A DNA stretch of 64,000 bases from Candidatus Heimdallarchaeota archaeon (GCA_018238545.1 JABCTC010000010.1:1-64000), one strand, 5' to 3'. Shown: positions 48,461 through 59,311, counted from the first letter of the stretch. Made by a program: numbers and translations. Notes: a model not told the origin generated them from the letters alone.

Positions 48461-49045
48461 TTAAATTGGTGGGAAGATATTAGAAAACACAATAATAAAC
48501 ATAGCTGCGAGGATAATTGTGTAACTACCAGCTAAAAATGAAGGGGCAAGTTTTGCAATACGTTTCTCTCCAGGTCTAATATCTGTATCAACAGCTTTAC
48601 CTGTAGTTTCGTCAAGAGCTTGACCTGTAGCCATTTCTTTTACTATTTTCTCTTTTCTCTTCGCTTGAACTTCGAGTTTAGCATCTTCAAAAGTAATTTT
48701 TTCTTTTGAGAACCATCCTTTAATGAATTTTCCAACAACACTGAAGAAATCTAAAGATGCTGATATACCATACAATAAAGCTGATGCTCCATATATGAAT
48801 AGGAACAAAATAGTAGAAGATAATGATGTACTACTAAAGCCTAAGCCTAATAAAACTCCTGTAACCATAGCTGAAAACCAGAGCATTGCTGCTAACAACC
48901 ATGAATTAAGAGGCATTTGCATCATTTTATCATAAAATATGGCTGTTTTTCCAACTTCAAATGAATAACCACAATAACTGCATTTAAAGGTAGAACCATC
49001 TTCTAACAAATCGATTTTCTCAAGTTTACAGAATTTACAATCCAT
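48461..49045 (-). CDS. Zn-ribbon membrane protein
   Basis: CKFC...CSYC followed by three TM helices. Confidence 0.7.
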   Translation of the reverse strand: MDCKFCKLEKIDLLEDGSTFKCSYCGYSFEVGKTAIFYDKMMQMPLNSWLLAAMLWFSAMVTGVLLGLGFSSTSLSSTILFLFIYGASALLYGISASLDFFSVVGKFIKGWFSKEKITFEDAKLEVQAKRKEKIVKEMATGQALDETTGKAVDTDIRPGEKRIAKLAPSFLAGSYTIILAAMFIIVFSNIFPPI

Positions 49046-49120
49046 TAATAATCACCACGAAACTCAATTTTAAGTAAATTTAATGTCTTTATATTCTTTG
49101 TGGAAGGAACTTCTTTTCTC

Positions 49121-50038
49121 TTACAATTTTTTCTTTGGTAAATGGTCGCTCAACAGTGCATTCAATTCTGTTGTCAAATCCTTATGTTCATCTTTCAGAT
49201 ACTCATGTAACACTATAGAAAGTCTACGGGCTTCTGGTAATGCTTCTTCTCGATCTACAGCGATGAGCACAACATGGTCATCAATCTCCGAAATAAAGAA
49301 ATGGTTTTCATCAACTTTCAGAACTTTAAACCGCTCATGCCCTAGAATCTCGTTTGCAAATCCGCTCAAAGCTTTAATGTAACCTACAAACATCCCTGTG
49401 TCTTGTGCAATTTCATCAGGGTCATGAATGTATAATGGGTTTCCAAAAATGTCAGAGATGATGAGTGCCTTGAATTTCTTAAATTGAAGTTCCCTAAAAC
49501 GTTTAATCTTTGAAGTAAACCATTTAAAAGCAAGCTCAATATTTTCTTCATTTCTTACTGATATTTTGAAGAATTGGAAAGAAATATTTGGATATGAAGA
49601 CATTTCATCCAGTTTCATGTCACTAATTATTTTATCAAGACTAAGAGCTGTTTTCAGATCAGATTTATTAGCAAGAAAAAGGATGGCTTTATCTGAATAA
49701 GATTCACCTAACCATTCTTTCACTATTTTCCAGTACCAAGTGGAAGCTTCTTCTAATTTTGAAGTATCAGAAGAATCAATAACAAAAATAATGCCCATGG
49801 ATGTTAGCACATTGGATTCCCACATATTCTCTCGAGAAGATTCTTGCCCTGATATATCGTAAATATTGAAAAGTATATTGCCTATCTTTATGTTTTCAAC
49901 AACCATTCCAACAGTAGGTTTAGGGCGAGTAAATCGTTTATTCTTAAACCAGTTGACAAGTGTTGTTTTTCCAGCATATTGAAGCCCAACAATTACGATT
50001 GGCACTGTATCTTGTTCATACCGAAATAGGTTCTCCAT
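49121..50038 (-). CDS. Arf-family small GTPase fused to a C-terminal longin/roadblock-like domain
   Basis: GLQYAGKTT, PTVG, YDISGQ, NKSD and ISV motifs; C-terminal GNPLY...GMF.GYIKAL..FA. Confidence 0.9.
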   Translation of the reverse strand: MENLFRYEQDTVPIVIVGLQYAGKTTLVNWFKNKRFTRPKPTVGMVVENIKIGNILFNIYDISGQESSRENMWESNVLTSMGIIFVIDSSDTSKLEEASTWYWKIVKEWLGESYSDKAILFLANKSDLKTALSLDKIISDMKLDEMSSYPNISFQFFKISVRNEENIELAFKWFTSKIKRFRELQFKKFKALIISDIFGNPLYIHDPDEIAQDTGMFVGYIKALSGFANEILGHERFKVLKVDENHFFISEIDDHVVLIAVDREEALPEARRLSIVLHEYLKDEHKDLTTELNALLSDHLPKKKL

Positions 50039-50077
50039 ATTGCTTCCCTAATTATCTAATCATTGAATTTTGAGTGT

Positions 50078-52411
50078 TTAAAGGTTAAGTATGAGGTAAT
50101 CCAAAGTTGAAATCATATCAGAGTATGGCGGTTCTTGTCTTTTTCTTCTGTTTCGTATAGAGGAGGCATTTTCTCGGCAGAACAATGAAAGTTGGTAAAT
50201 GAATTTTGGAAGCTCTGCTTGATCTTCTAAATAATTTATGATTTTACCCATAGATTCACTAACTTCAAAGAATAATTTGTTAGCTCGATTGTAACTGCCT
50301 TCAGCTCTGGTCATTTTGTTACTTTTTGCAAAAAGTTCTCCCAAAATGATATGTTCGACTGCTTCAACCATTATTTTAATAGAAGGTATGAAAACTTCTC
50401 TTCTTCTAACAAAATCAAAATTGATGGCATTACCTTTTATTGAAACGTTTTCATTAGCTGCTAATAGTTCTTGTGTATCGAGTAGAATTAAGTCAAGCAA
50501 CTCATGGAAGTCTGTTTTTTCATTGAACTGAGCTTCAACGGATTCCGCAATAAACTCTGGTAACTCCTCTGCTTCAATAACAAGGGTTATCATCTCTTCC
50601 ATCAATGCTCTCTTAGTATTCTTATAGGAGCTTTGAAGCCCTAAAGAAACTAAATTAGATTCTGTAACCATTCCGGAAATTTTTGTTTCAACCAATCTTT
50701 GATTAATTAATTTCTTTAGCTCTTTTTCTCCTTTTTTAATCTCTGATATGCTCTGCTCTGCTTTCTTTACATAATAGTGAGCTCTGGCTCTTAAAATTAA
50801 ATCTAGGACTATATTGTAATCACTGTATAGGTAGATTTTATTCTCTGCAATTATTGATTTGATATAATTTCTCATGGCATGGATTTTATTTCTTTGCGCA
50901 TCTTTTTCCTGAATGAACTGTGGTAATAGTTCTATTGCCCTTTCCAAATAAGAAAGTTTTTCATCTATTTCTTGCAATTCATCTAAACTAGCCATTGGAT
51001 TGTCGTGATTAACTTTAATGTGCGCTATTGGTACATCAGATAATGCAGTACTCATAGCTCTTAATGGAAAGTTAAATTGGGAAATCAACCTGTCGATAAC
51101 ATTGAAAGTTACATTTTCTTGCGTAAGTAAATCATTTATCATAAAAGCTGCGGATGAATAAGTTACACTAACCCCATAAATATATGGAAGTGATCCTGCA
51201 CCCTCAATATTTTTTAGTATTTCTGTTATTTCCATACAAGATGTTAGAGCTCCCTCAGTATCTTGAGCATATAACTTATCAACTATCTCTGTATATTTTA
51301 AAGCAAGCTCTGTGATGGATTTTAGGATTTTAAGTTCAGATTCTTCAGCTTTTATTCTTTTGTAAAGATTCTCACTCTGAGAACTTTCTGATTTCTTTAG
51401 AATTTTGTAAGCTTTCTTGTATTCAGACAATGCTCTCGAATAATATCTAGATGCATGACCAAGATCTCCTCCTTCAAGTGCGCTTTCTGCAAGTAATTTG
51501 AAATGTTGGACCATCGAAACAGAACTTTGTGCATCAACTATAGGCATAAAATCCATCTTGATTGCCATCCCCTTACTTCCTACAGATTCTGGAGCTTTAT
51601 TCCACAACTTGATAACTGTCTTAAAATGCTCCTTTGCATGATTTAGGATGGACAGTTCGGAAATAGGATCTGACCACCAAAAATCTTGAGATGTTTTTCG
51701 GGAGATATCTATGATATGAGTTAATAAAGTGACACCTTGAAGGTAATCATATTCTCCTTTCTTAGAAAGCACTCTAGGATCGGTATTACTATTAGGTAAA
51801 CTATCATAAAGAGGTAACAATCGCTTCAAATTTTCCAATTGAACTAAAGGCATAATAACATCAAGAAGATCCTCCCTTGTTGGGGTGGGAGTTAGCCCAG
51901 AAATTTCGACATCTGGTAATGAATCGGTTAGGATTCTATATAAAATTCGATCAATTGATTCTTTTGCTATAATATAGTACGTATATTGACTTGTTGCTGG
52001 TTTATGATTGAATACTCCTCTATTTCTCACCTGGGAATAAACATAGGTTAAAACTCCTAGCTGTAATTCAAATTTATTCAAAGCCATTATTTGATTTGGA
52101 AAATCACCATAGAGTAATTCATGAAGAGCTAATGGATTATCTTTCCCTTGCTTAATGTCTTGATAAACGTCATATATTCTTTCTATTGCCATATCTGCTA
52201 AACTGTTTATTGCTGACAAGTTTTTTGAACATGATTCAGCAAATGTAACCCACGCTTCAGATATTTCCTTTGGTTCATCTAATTGAGTAAATGAACTGTA
52301 GAGATTATCTCTTTCTAGCTCCATCTCAACAAATTTGTTGAATGGTCTAGTGTCCAATAGTGATAAGTTCATAGCTAAAAATAGTACTTTCCAAAAATAA
52401 ACCTTTTGCAC
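50078..52411 (-). CDS. Large alpha-helical (TPR/solenoid-like) hypothetical protein
   Basis: All-helical pattern with A..YY..A..EY and AE..Y..A..LF segments; co-oriented upstream of the Arf-like GTPase. Start may be MNLSLL. Confidence 0.6.
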   Translation of the reverse strand: MQKVYFWKVLFLAMNLSLLDTRPFNKFVEMELERDNLYSSFTQLDEPKEISEAWVTFAESCSKNLSAINSLADMAIERIYDVYQDIKQGKDNPLALHELLYGDFPNQIMALNKFELQLGVLTYVYSQVRNRGVFNHKPATSQYTYYIIAKESIDRILYRILTDSLPDVEISGLTPTPTREDLLDVIMPLVQLENLKRLLPLYDSLPNSNTDPRVLSKKGEYDYLQGVTLLTHIIDISRKTSQDFWWSDPISELSILNHAKEHFKTVIKLWNKAPESVGSKGMAIKMDFMPIVDAQSSVSMVQHFKLLAESALEGGDLGHASRYYSRALSEYKKAYKILKKSESSQSENLYKRIKAEESELKILKSITELALKYTEIVDKLYAQDTEGALTSCMEITEILKNIEGAGSLPYIYGVSVTYSSAAFMINDLLTQENVTFNVIDRLISQFNFPLRAMSTALSDVPIAHIKVNHDNPMASLDELQEIDEKLSYLERAIELLPQFIQEKDAQRNKIHAMRNYIKSIIAENKIYLYSDYNIVLDLILRARAHYYVKKAEQSISEIKKGEKELKKLINQRLVETKISGMVTESNLVSLGLQSSYKNTKRALMEEMITLVIEAEELPEFIAESVEAQFNEKTDFHELLDLILLDTQELLAANENVSIKGNAINFDFVRRREVFIPSIKIMVEAVEHIILGELFAKSNKMTRAEGSYNRANKLFFEVSESMGKIINYLEDQAELPKFIYQLSLFCRENASSIRNRRKRQEPPYSDMISTLDYLILNL

Positions 52412-52472
52412 ATTCTTTTCGACTTATATTTGAATGCAAAACATCTAAATATGGTAATTTTAAACGGACGAT

Positions 52473-53558
52473 GTGAAACCTCTAGATTTTAAGAAAAGAC
52501 AATCGACTATTGTAGAAGATATGAATAAGTCAGAAATAGATTTATTCCTTATTACTCCTTCAATAGATTTTGGTTATCTGTTTAAGTCATTTATGTCTAT
52601 AAGTGAGAGACTAATATGTGGTGTTTTGAGTATTCATGATGATGCTAAGATTATTGCACCTTCTTTTGAAAAAGAAAATATCAAAAATCATACTCCATTT
52701 GATGATGTGATAACTTGGAAAGAAGAAGAAGACCCCTTTGTAGTTCTCAAAGAATCTATCAATTTTAATGTGAAAAAAATCGCTTTGGAGCCAACATTAC
52801 CCTTTGAAATCTACACCAAACTAAAAAAACAATTTCCAGAAACTGAATTTATAGATGGGAGCTCGATTATAAGGAAACAAAGATCAATCAAAACAGAAGC
52901 TGAGATTGAACGTTTGGAAGAAGCTGGCAAATATACTATCGCAGGTATGATGAGCGCTTTGGAATTACTTAAACCAGGTTTAACAGAATTGGATGCTTTG
53001 AAAATATTCCAGAAAGAAATGACCTTACAATCAGGTGAACCAAGTTGGGTTCTTGTACAGTTTGATGAGAACAGTGCTGTTCCCCATGGACCACCCTCTG
53101 AAAGAAAAATGAAGGAAAACAGTGTTGTGCTCATTGATGCGGGAACGATGTGCGATCATTATTTTGCAGATATAACATTGACAACATTCTATGGAAACGT
53201 TACTGATGAATTTCTTAAAGTATATGAGATCGTCCAAGAAGCTAATGATGTAGCACTTGAAGTGTCAAAAGTGGGTGTACGATGTGAAGAAGTTGATTTT
53301 GCTGCTAGAAAAGTAATTGATAATGCGGGTTATGGACAATACTTTACACATCGTTTAGGGCATGGGCTAGGCTTAGAAGTACATGAGGAACCTTACATGG
53401 TAAAAGGAAATAAACGACAATTAGTCAAAGGAAATGTCCATACTGATGAACCTGGAATTTACATGCCAAATAAATTTGGTATAAGAATAGAAGATGACGT
53501 TCTTGTGGGAGATAAGTCTAAGAGATTAATAACATTTGATCGATATTTGTGGAAGTAA
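52473..53558 (+). CDS. Xaa-Pro peptidase (M24B)
   Basis: PHG, IDAG...YFADIT, HRLGHGLGLEVHE, DEPGIY and GIRIEDD motifs. Confidence 0.95.
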   Translation: MKPLDFKKRQSTIVEDMNKSEIDLFLITPSIDFGYLFKSFMSISERLICGVLSIHDDAKIIAPSFEKENIKNHTPFDDVITWKEEEDPFVVLKESINFNVKKIALEPTLPFEIYTKLKKQFPETEFIDGSSIIRKQRSIKTEAEIERLEEAGKYTIAGMMSALELLKPGLTELDALKIFQKEMTLQSGEPSWVLVQFDENSAVPHGPPSERKMKENSVVLIDAGTMCDHYFADITLTTFYGNVTDEFLKVYEIVQEANDVALEVSKVGVRCEEVDFAARKVIDNAGYGQYFTHRLGHGLGLEVHEEPYMVKGNKRQLVKGNVHTDEPGIYMPNKFGIRIEDDVLVGDKSKRLITFDRYLWK

Positions 53559-54337
53559 AAATGAATTACATCAATTTTGATAGAGTAGCAGGGGTTTATG
53601 ACCGAACAAGAGCCGTTCCTATGGAAATTATAGAAATATTAATCCAAGAGATAAACAAAAAACTGCAGGCTGCATTTGGGTCACCTCCCTATCAAATACT
53701 TTCTTTAGGAATAGGTTCTGGTAGAGTTGAGAGCTACATTTCCTCTACAAACAACCATCTTTTTGGTATTGATATTTCAGAATTAATGTTGAAAGAACTG
53801 AAAAAAAAGGATGCAGTTGAGGGTATTTCTATACTGCAAGCTGATGCATGTAATCTTCCATTCCGAGGTAAATTTCATCTAACTATAGCCATTCATGTGA
53901 TTCATTTAATAAAAAACCAAAAAGAATTTCTGAGTGAGATAATAAGAACTTCTCAAATGGCTATTTTTGGTGATGTTTATACAGATGCATATCAAAGCAA
54001 ATTATATACATCATTCCTTAACATTTTGTCAACATTAGGTTGGACAAAACAAGAATCGAAGCTAAAAAACAGTTATATCGTAACTGAAATGTCAAAACAC
54101 GGATTTGGAGTTGAGGGATTTTCTGAAACAATCTCCACTTCCCAGACTCACGCTTCAATCTTTGAAAGTATAAAAAAGCGATACTTTTCTTGGTTATGGG
54201 ATGTTCCTGAACCAATCTACAAACAGGCAATAAAACTTCTGGAAACCAGAATTAGAAATGAAGAAATAAACCTGAATGAATCATATAATACAAACTCTAG
54301 TGTCAAATTGCAAGTTTTCAAGAAATTAGATGATTAA
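53549..54337 (+). CDS. Class I SAM-dependent methyltransferase
   Basis: FDRVA..YD.TR, LGIGSGR, GIDIS..ML and ADACNLPF motifs. Start probably at 53561. Confidence 0.88.
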   Translation: MEVKMNYINFDRVAGVYDRTRAVPMEIIEILIQEINKKLQAAFGSPPYQILSLGIGSGRVESYISSTNNHLFGIDISELMLKELKKKDAVEGISILQADACNLPFRGKFHLTIAIHVIHLIKNQKEFLSEIIRTSQMAIFGDVYTDAYQSKLYTSFLNILSTLGWTKQESKLKNSYIVTEMSKHGFGVEGFSETISTSQTHASIFESIKKRYFSWLWDVPEPIYKQAIKLLETRIRNEEINLNESYNTNSSVKLQVFKKLDD

Positions 54338-55701
54338 GGTAGAGTATGTTTGTAATGCTGATCGGTTTCAGTATAATCTTTGCCATCAAAAACTAAATAT
54401 TCAGCATGAACATCATGAATATCTCCATATTTTTGGTACCATGGAGATGTACTCAACATTGACCACTTCTCAACAAGCTCTCTTGTAACAGTAATAGGCT
54501 GTTTCCTTAATTCAGCTATCTTCATAGCTTCAATGAAGGATAAACTAGCAGCCAAAATAACGGAAGTTGGTGTTCTTCGAGATATATGTAAGTTCCATAG
54601 TCTTGTTTTTTCTACTAATATTTTTATTAGTTTTCTGGGAAATAACCCTTCATCAATATTGGAAAGGTGTAATAAATTCTCGATTAATTCATAATACTGG
54701 TCACCAGAAAATGGATATTCTTTGCTAATGTCGAATAAATCAAATCTATTTTTTGTAAAACTGGGTATATCTTTACCCCCTGAAATAATTAAATATGAAA
54801 TTCTAGCTTCAGTAAATTTCTCTTCCATTTTTTTCTCCAATAAACTCAGTTCAACATCTACTTCATCCAGAAATATTACCACTTTAGGAGTTGAAATGTT
54901 CTTGATTAACCAGTATGCTACTTCTTCGCTCACATTTTCTGGATTTGTTTCAATATCTTTATAGAGTCCATTCTTATCCTTCCAAAACTCAGATCTGTAG
55001 ACGAACGGTAATTTGAGTTCTTTACATAATTTCATTAAGGAATATATTATCTGTGTTTTTCCTGAACCACCATATCTGCCATAAATATGTGCAAATTTCT
55101 CTGGCTGAATTCCATTAACTACTTTTTCAAACTCTCCCCTTAGAATGCCAACAATTGAATGATTTATAGTAAAGTTGTGCCTTTGCCAGCAGCATTCTGG
55201 ATCGATTAAAGGTTGATATTTCTTATACCTGTTTGCAATATCCTTTGCTTCTTTTCTAGTCAAACCAATACTGATTTTTAGAATTTCCTCTTTGTTATGT
55301 GGGAAAGACATTTCTTCTATAATATCCTTGCCATAAACTAAAACACCAGTTTCTCTTAGGTTTAATTGATCCTCAGGTAGCAAGCATTGTGGATTTTGAA
55401 CATTAATATGCCATAAATTTGCTTTTGTTCTAACATAATTCCTCGAGAAGGAAGTTGCTAATTCTAAGCCTCCTTCCCATCCAAACTCATCTTGGATTGA
55501 ATCATAGATTAAATCAATTAATATGAAATTTTGAGCAGAAAAATCTCTCCCTTCTAAGATTATTACTAAGCCATTCTTATCCTTAAGCAAATTATCAAAC
55601 TGGGAAATATCCCTTGTAAAACTATATACTGAGATTGTATCTGGTGCAACTAATAGAAGTTTCTCTATAAAAGATTGAAGTGCTTCTTCTCTAAATTTCA
55701 T
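54334..55701 (-). CDS. Degenerate NTase-like N-terminal domain fused to a P-loop (AAA-type) ATPase
   Basis: Walker A GRYGGSGKT and Walker B IFLDE; the N-terminal part has an 'LRETGVLVYGKDI' MNT/AadA-type segment. Confidence 0.6.
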   Translation of the reverse strand: MKFREEALQSFIEKLLLVAPDTISVYSFTRDISQFDNLLKDKNGLVIILEGRDFSAQNFILIDLIYDSIQDEFGWEGGLELATSFSRNYVRTKANLWHINVQNPQCLLPEDQLNLRETGVLVYGKDIIEEMSFPHNKEEILKISIGLTRKEAKDIANRYKKYQPLIDPECCWQRHNFTINHSIVGILRGEFEKVVNGIQPEKFAHIYGRYGGSGKTQIIYSLMKLCKELKLPFVYRSEFWKDKNGLYKDIETNPENVSEEVAYWLIKNISTPKVVIFLDEVDVELSLLEKKMEEKFTEARISYLIISGGKDIPSFTKNRFDLFDISKEYPFSGDQYYELIENLLHLSNIDEGLFPRKLIKILVEKTRLWNLHISRRTPTSVILAASLSFIEAMKIAELRKQPITVTRELVEKWSMLSTSPWYQKYGDIHDVHAEYLVFDGKDYTETDQHYKHTLP

Positions 55702-55709
55702 GATAGTTC

Positions 55710-56612
55710 CTATCGCAGATTATCAATTATATTATGTACTTCCATGAAAACTCGGCTGAAATTTGCAATATCATTTTCCACCTTCATCAAATCTTTCAAG
55801 TGTGTCATTTGGATTCCCTTTATTCTAAAAGCTCTTTCTAATGCAAACATCATTAATTCTCTAGATTTAGGTACAATTTCCATTATGCTTGTAAGCGATA
55901 TGTTTCTTTTGCGACAATTTGCCACTTCTACTACAAAATCACCCATTCTTCCAGGATATTCATTTGTAAACCAATAAGCACTTTTCATCTTACCGATTAG
56001 ATTATTGTTTTTCAATGAATGTAGAAGAAATGGAAACCACAAAATCCAATCCATCGCTTTTTCATAGTTTGGTGATTTTGTATGTTGAAATGGAAAGTTC
56101 ATAGATGCTTTTTCCAATTTCGAAAACCTTTCTAAAAACTCATACCAAAAGCCCTCAACTGGCGGTATTGGAAAATGTTTTTTTAAATCCTCTCCATAAA
56201 GAACATGGCTTTTCTCGCGAATAAGAAAATCATCTGATTGCTCAAGAGGATACTTATTTATGATTTCTTGCTGCAACTTACGGACAATAATACCTTCAAT
56301 ATCATCATGTGCTACTCTAGTATCAGAAAGCATGGCGTAAGGTATGAAAAATATTTTACAAATATGAGCAAATTCTTTGTTAACGATGACCATTCGATTT
56401 ACTAGTTCATCTATCTTATCGTAATCTTTATCCCAAAGATTTTTTTCTAGAATAATTACAATATCTATGGTACTATATCTTTTTGAAAAATCATCTAGAA
56501 CAATATCTCCAGCTAGAATAATAGAACGGGTTTGTAAAGTTGTAACTGCGTATTCTACGAATAATTTCAAGAATCTTGGTAATTCTGGATATCGTTCGTA
56601 AGTGACTTTCAT
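55710..56612 (-). CDS. AadA/ANT-like nucleotidyltransferase-fold protein, degenerate active site
   Basis: ILAGDIVLDDF....STIDIV (consensus YGS.A.GDF..SDID), VLYGED and GK..SAYW motifs. Confidence 0.65.
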   Translation of the reverse strand: MKVTYERYPELPRFLKLFVEYAVTTLQTRSIILAGDIVLDDFSKRYSTIDIVIILEKNLWDKDYDKIDELVNRMVIVNKEFAHICKIFFIPYAMLSDTRVAHDDIEGIIVRKLQQEIINKYPLEQSDDFLIREKSHVLYGEDLKKHFPIPPVEGFWYEFLERFSKLEKASMNFPFQHTKSPNYEKAMDWILWFPFLLHSLKNNNLIGKMKSAYWFTNEYPGRMGDFVVEVANCRKRNISLTSIMEIVPKSRELMMFALERAFRIKGIQMTHLKDLMKVENDIANFSRVFMEVHNIIDNLR

Positions 56613-56715
56613 AATATGAACACTACTAATTACATTATTAGGTTTTCGTCAGTGCTAATTGATAATTATCATAAAAGACATAAAAAATAAAAGAAAAAAA
56701 GGAAAGTTATAGTGT

Positions 56716-58518
56716 TTAAACAGAATCTATAACAAAAGTTTCCCAACCGGTAAATATAGGACTGGAAATATATATTGATATAGTGAAAGTTATACCTGTT
56801 GGTTTATCTCCATAATCAAATTGTATTGTTATGTGATGATCTAATGTAGCAGTGATATTAACACCACCTTGTGATTGTGCGATATTATAGGTAGTATCTT
56901 CTACATATGGACCACTTCCACTATCCAACCAATATTGTGCTGTACTATCATCATAAACTGAGTCGATTTCAGTTATTCTGTTGCTACCTTCCCAGTTTAC
57001 CGTAATCTGTTCTAAAGTAAGATAATCAGGTACCAAACATTGGAGGTTAAACGATAATATTCCTCTTCTTCTAAAGAAGAATCCACCCCTACCATCTGTC
57101 GCAGTTGCTCCATATAACTTCATAACATCATTGTCTACCTCTACAATATCAACAACCGCAGAAGCTCCATTCCCACTTGAAGATAAGTCATATACTTGAG
57201 CTACGATAGAGTAATTATCATCAGGCAAAACAAAACTATTGAAGTATAAAACCCATTTATTTTGATTTGCAATATATGTCGCTTCTCCTTGAACGCTTTG
57301 TTGATAGAGATAAGTAAAAGATGAAGAGAAACTGAAGAAATACACATCAAATCTGTTTGTATCGATGCCAGATGGGTCAGAAGCATAGACCTCAATGAGA
57401 ATAGTGTCTGATTTGCTAGTATCATTTTCAGGCGAAATAAAATATGCTATCGGAGCAGTGTTATCGATTAATGAAAAAGTATCTCCTGCACTGTTAAGAT
57501 TACCTGCTTCATCCTTAACGAACAAAGTAAAAACTAAGTCATCTTCAGCCATCTGTAAAGTTTCTGCACCAGTTAGAATGTATTCTGTTACAGTGGCTTC
57601 AGTTGAAGTGAAAACTTGTTGGTATGGAAAAATATTACCACCAAGGACCAATGTTTGATTAATCAAATCAGCACCATCGATAGTAAATGTCCATGAGGCA
57701 CTTAAGAAATCACCAGGATTTATACTTGAACTGTTTACTCCAAAAGTTATTCCTATATAGTCATTATCTATACCAAAAGTTCTTCTGATTGTAGATGATT
57801 GACCAAGACTATCCTCAACGTAAAAATCTATTTTATAGAGATCTTCATCTGGATATAGTGTGGAATCGATATTATGTGTAATTGCTTGATCAGCAAGAAC
57901 AACAGTGTCATCTGGTAGAAGGAAATCATAAGTTATCGCGGATGTATTAAATCCACCTATGGCAATAGCTTGAGGGTCTATAATCCCACTTACCCAACTG
58001 CCATCTATAGGATTGAGAACGGTCAAATCTAGTGGCTCAATAATATCAGTATGTCTGAGATTATCAGGGGCAAAGGATGTTAAATCGTTATCGTAAGTTA
58101 TTCTAATTCTAAATATATTCTCTCCAATTTCTACTTTACTTGTTGGATCAAAAACGAGTACTAAATCTACTCTCTGCGTTGTGTCTATAGACAACGGCAT
58201 ATCATAACCTTGAACAAATGCGTTGAGTATGTCAGTTTCATTTTGCGTATCTGTATTGATGGTCACATTAAGACCTTTTACAATAGCCGCCGCCGTTCCT
58301 GAATTTTGTAGAGTAACATAAGCTACATCAGTAACAGAGTCTCCATCTCTATCAAACCATTGAACTGTAAGTAAATCTACATCAGAACTGCCTCTTAACA
58401 TAGGTACAACTAAAAAATAAACCATCGCACTAGCTGCTACAACAAGACTAATCAACATCACTGTAGCTAAAACAGGTGAAACGGCTCTCTTTGATTTTCT
58501 AAAATTTGGTAGTTTCAT
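56716..58518 (-). CDS. Archaeal type IV pilin/archaellin-type N-terminus with Ig-like domains (large pilin/adhesin)
   Basis: Class III signal peptide KRA/VSPVLATVMLI followed by a hydrophobic helix; D.LG and D.AGN Ig-like repeats. Confidence 0.85.
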   Translation of the reverse strand: MKLPNFRKSKRAVSPVLATVMLISLVVAASAMVYFLVVPMLRGSSDVDLLTVQWFDRDGDSVTDVAYVTLQNSGTAAAIVKGLNVTINTDTQNETDILNAFVQGYDMPLSIDTTQRVDLVLVFDPTSKVEIGENIFRIRITYDNDLTSFAPDNLRHTDIIEPLDLTVLNPIDGSWVSGIIDPQAIAIGGFNTSAITYDFLLPDDTVVLADQAITHNIDSTLYPDEDLYKIDFYVEDSLGQSSTIRRTFGIDNDYIGITFGVNSSSINPGDFLSASWTFTIDGADLINQTLVLGGNIFPYQQVFTSTEATVTEYILTGAETLQMAEDDLVFTLFVKDEAGNLNSAGDTFSLIDNTAPIAYFISPENDTSKSDTILIEVYASDPSGIDTNRFDVYFFSFSSSFTYLYQQSVQGEATYIANQNKWVLYFNSFVLPDDNYSIVAQVYDLSSSGNGASAVVDIVEVDNDVMKLYGATATDGRGGFFFRRRGILSFNLQCLVPDYLTLEQITVNWEGSNRITEIDSVYDDSTAQYWLDSGSGPYVEDTTYNIAQSQGGVNITATLDHHITIQFDYGDKPTGITFTISIYISSPIFTGWETFVIDSV

Positions 58519-58636
58519 CTATATACCTCTAACTGGTCACTAAACATATTATGAAGTTTAAGGTAATAAATTTTGTTGCTGTGCTAGTGCCTAAGATAGT
58601 TGAATGGAATAACTTATAATCACCTCAAAGCGTTCG

Positions 58637-59299
58637 TTGCATGATAATATGCCCTCAGAGAAAAAAGTTGTAGTGAAGAAGCATGCATATCAAGTAAATG
58701 ATGAACTTGCGGATAAAATTAGAGAATTAATGAAGAGTAAGAACAAACTATTTTTCAATATGATGGGCTCAATCGGGGCGGGAAAAACTCTAATATTAGA
58801 GCAGCTGGCTGCAAAACTCTCTTCGAAATATCGAGTCTTTGTTATCAATGGAGATGTAGCTACTACGATAGATGCTGATAGAATAGCTAAACAGGGAGCA
58901 ACAACAGTACAGATAAACACTGGTGGTGGTTGCCATCTGAGCGCAAAACTAATCCAAAATGAATTAGATAAAATAAATATTGATGATTATGATATCTTCA
59001 TCGCTGAAAATGTAGGGAATCTAATTTGCCCAGCTGCTTGGGATATTGGCGCACAGCTCAACATTACTGTTGTTAGCATAACAGAAGGAGAATATGTTGT
59101 TAAGAAACATCCTATAATCTTTAAAGATGCAGAAATTGCAATAATCAATAAATGTGATCTCGAGGGAATGGGTTTTGAATCTGCAGTCTTAGCAGAAGAT
59201 GCTGCAAAAATAAAATCTGGCATGAAAGTTATTTTAACCAGTGCAAAAACTGGTCAAGGGATAGATGAACTTATCAAAACACTTGGAATTTCAATCTGA
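58637..59299 (+). CDS. hypB: Hydrogenase nickel incorporation GTPase HypB
   Basis: GSIGAGKT, GDV....DA, TGGGCHL, ENVGNLICP, KHP, NKCD and SAKTG motifs. Start probably at 58649. Confidence 0.95.
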   Translation: MHDNMPSEKKVVVKKHAYQVNDELADKIRELMKSKNKLFFNMMGSIGAGKTLILEQLAAKLSSKYRVFVINGDVATTIDADRIAKQGATTVQINTGGGCHLSAKLIQNELDKINIDDYDIFIAENVGNLICPAAWDIGAQLNITVVSITEGEYVVKKHPIIFKDAEIAIINKCDLEGMGFESAVLAEDAAKIKSGMKVILTSAKTGQGIDELIKTLGISI

Positions 59300-59311
59300 A
59301 GGACGATAAGA

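Noticed and set aside
46504-56612. Aminoglycoside resistance genes (APH-like and AadA-like)
   Set aside because: Fold-level similarity only; the AadA-like active site is degenerate and there is no mobile context
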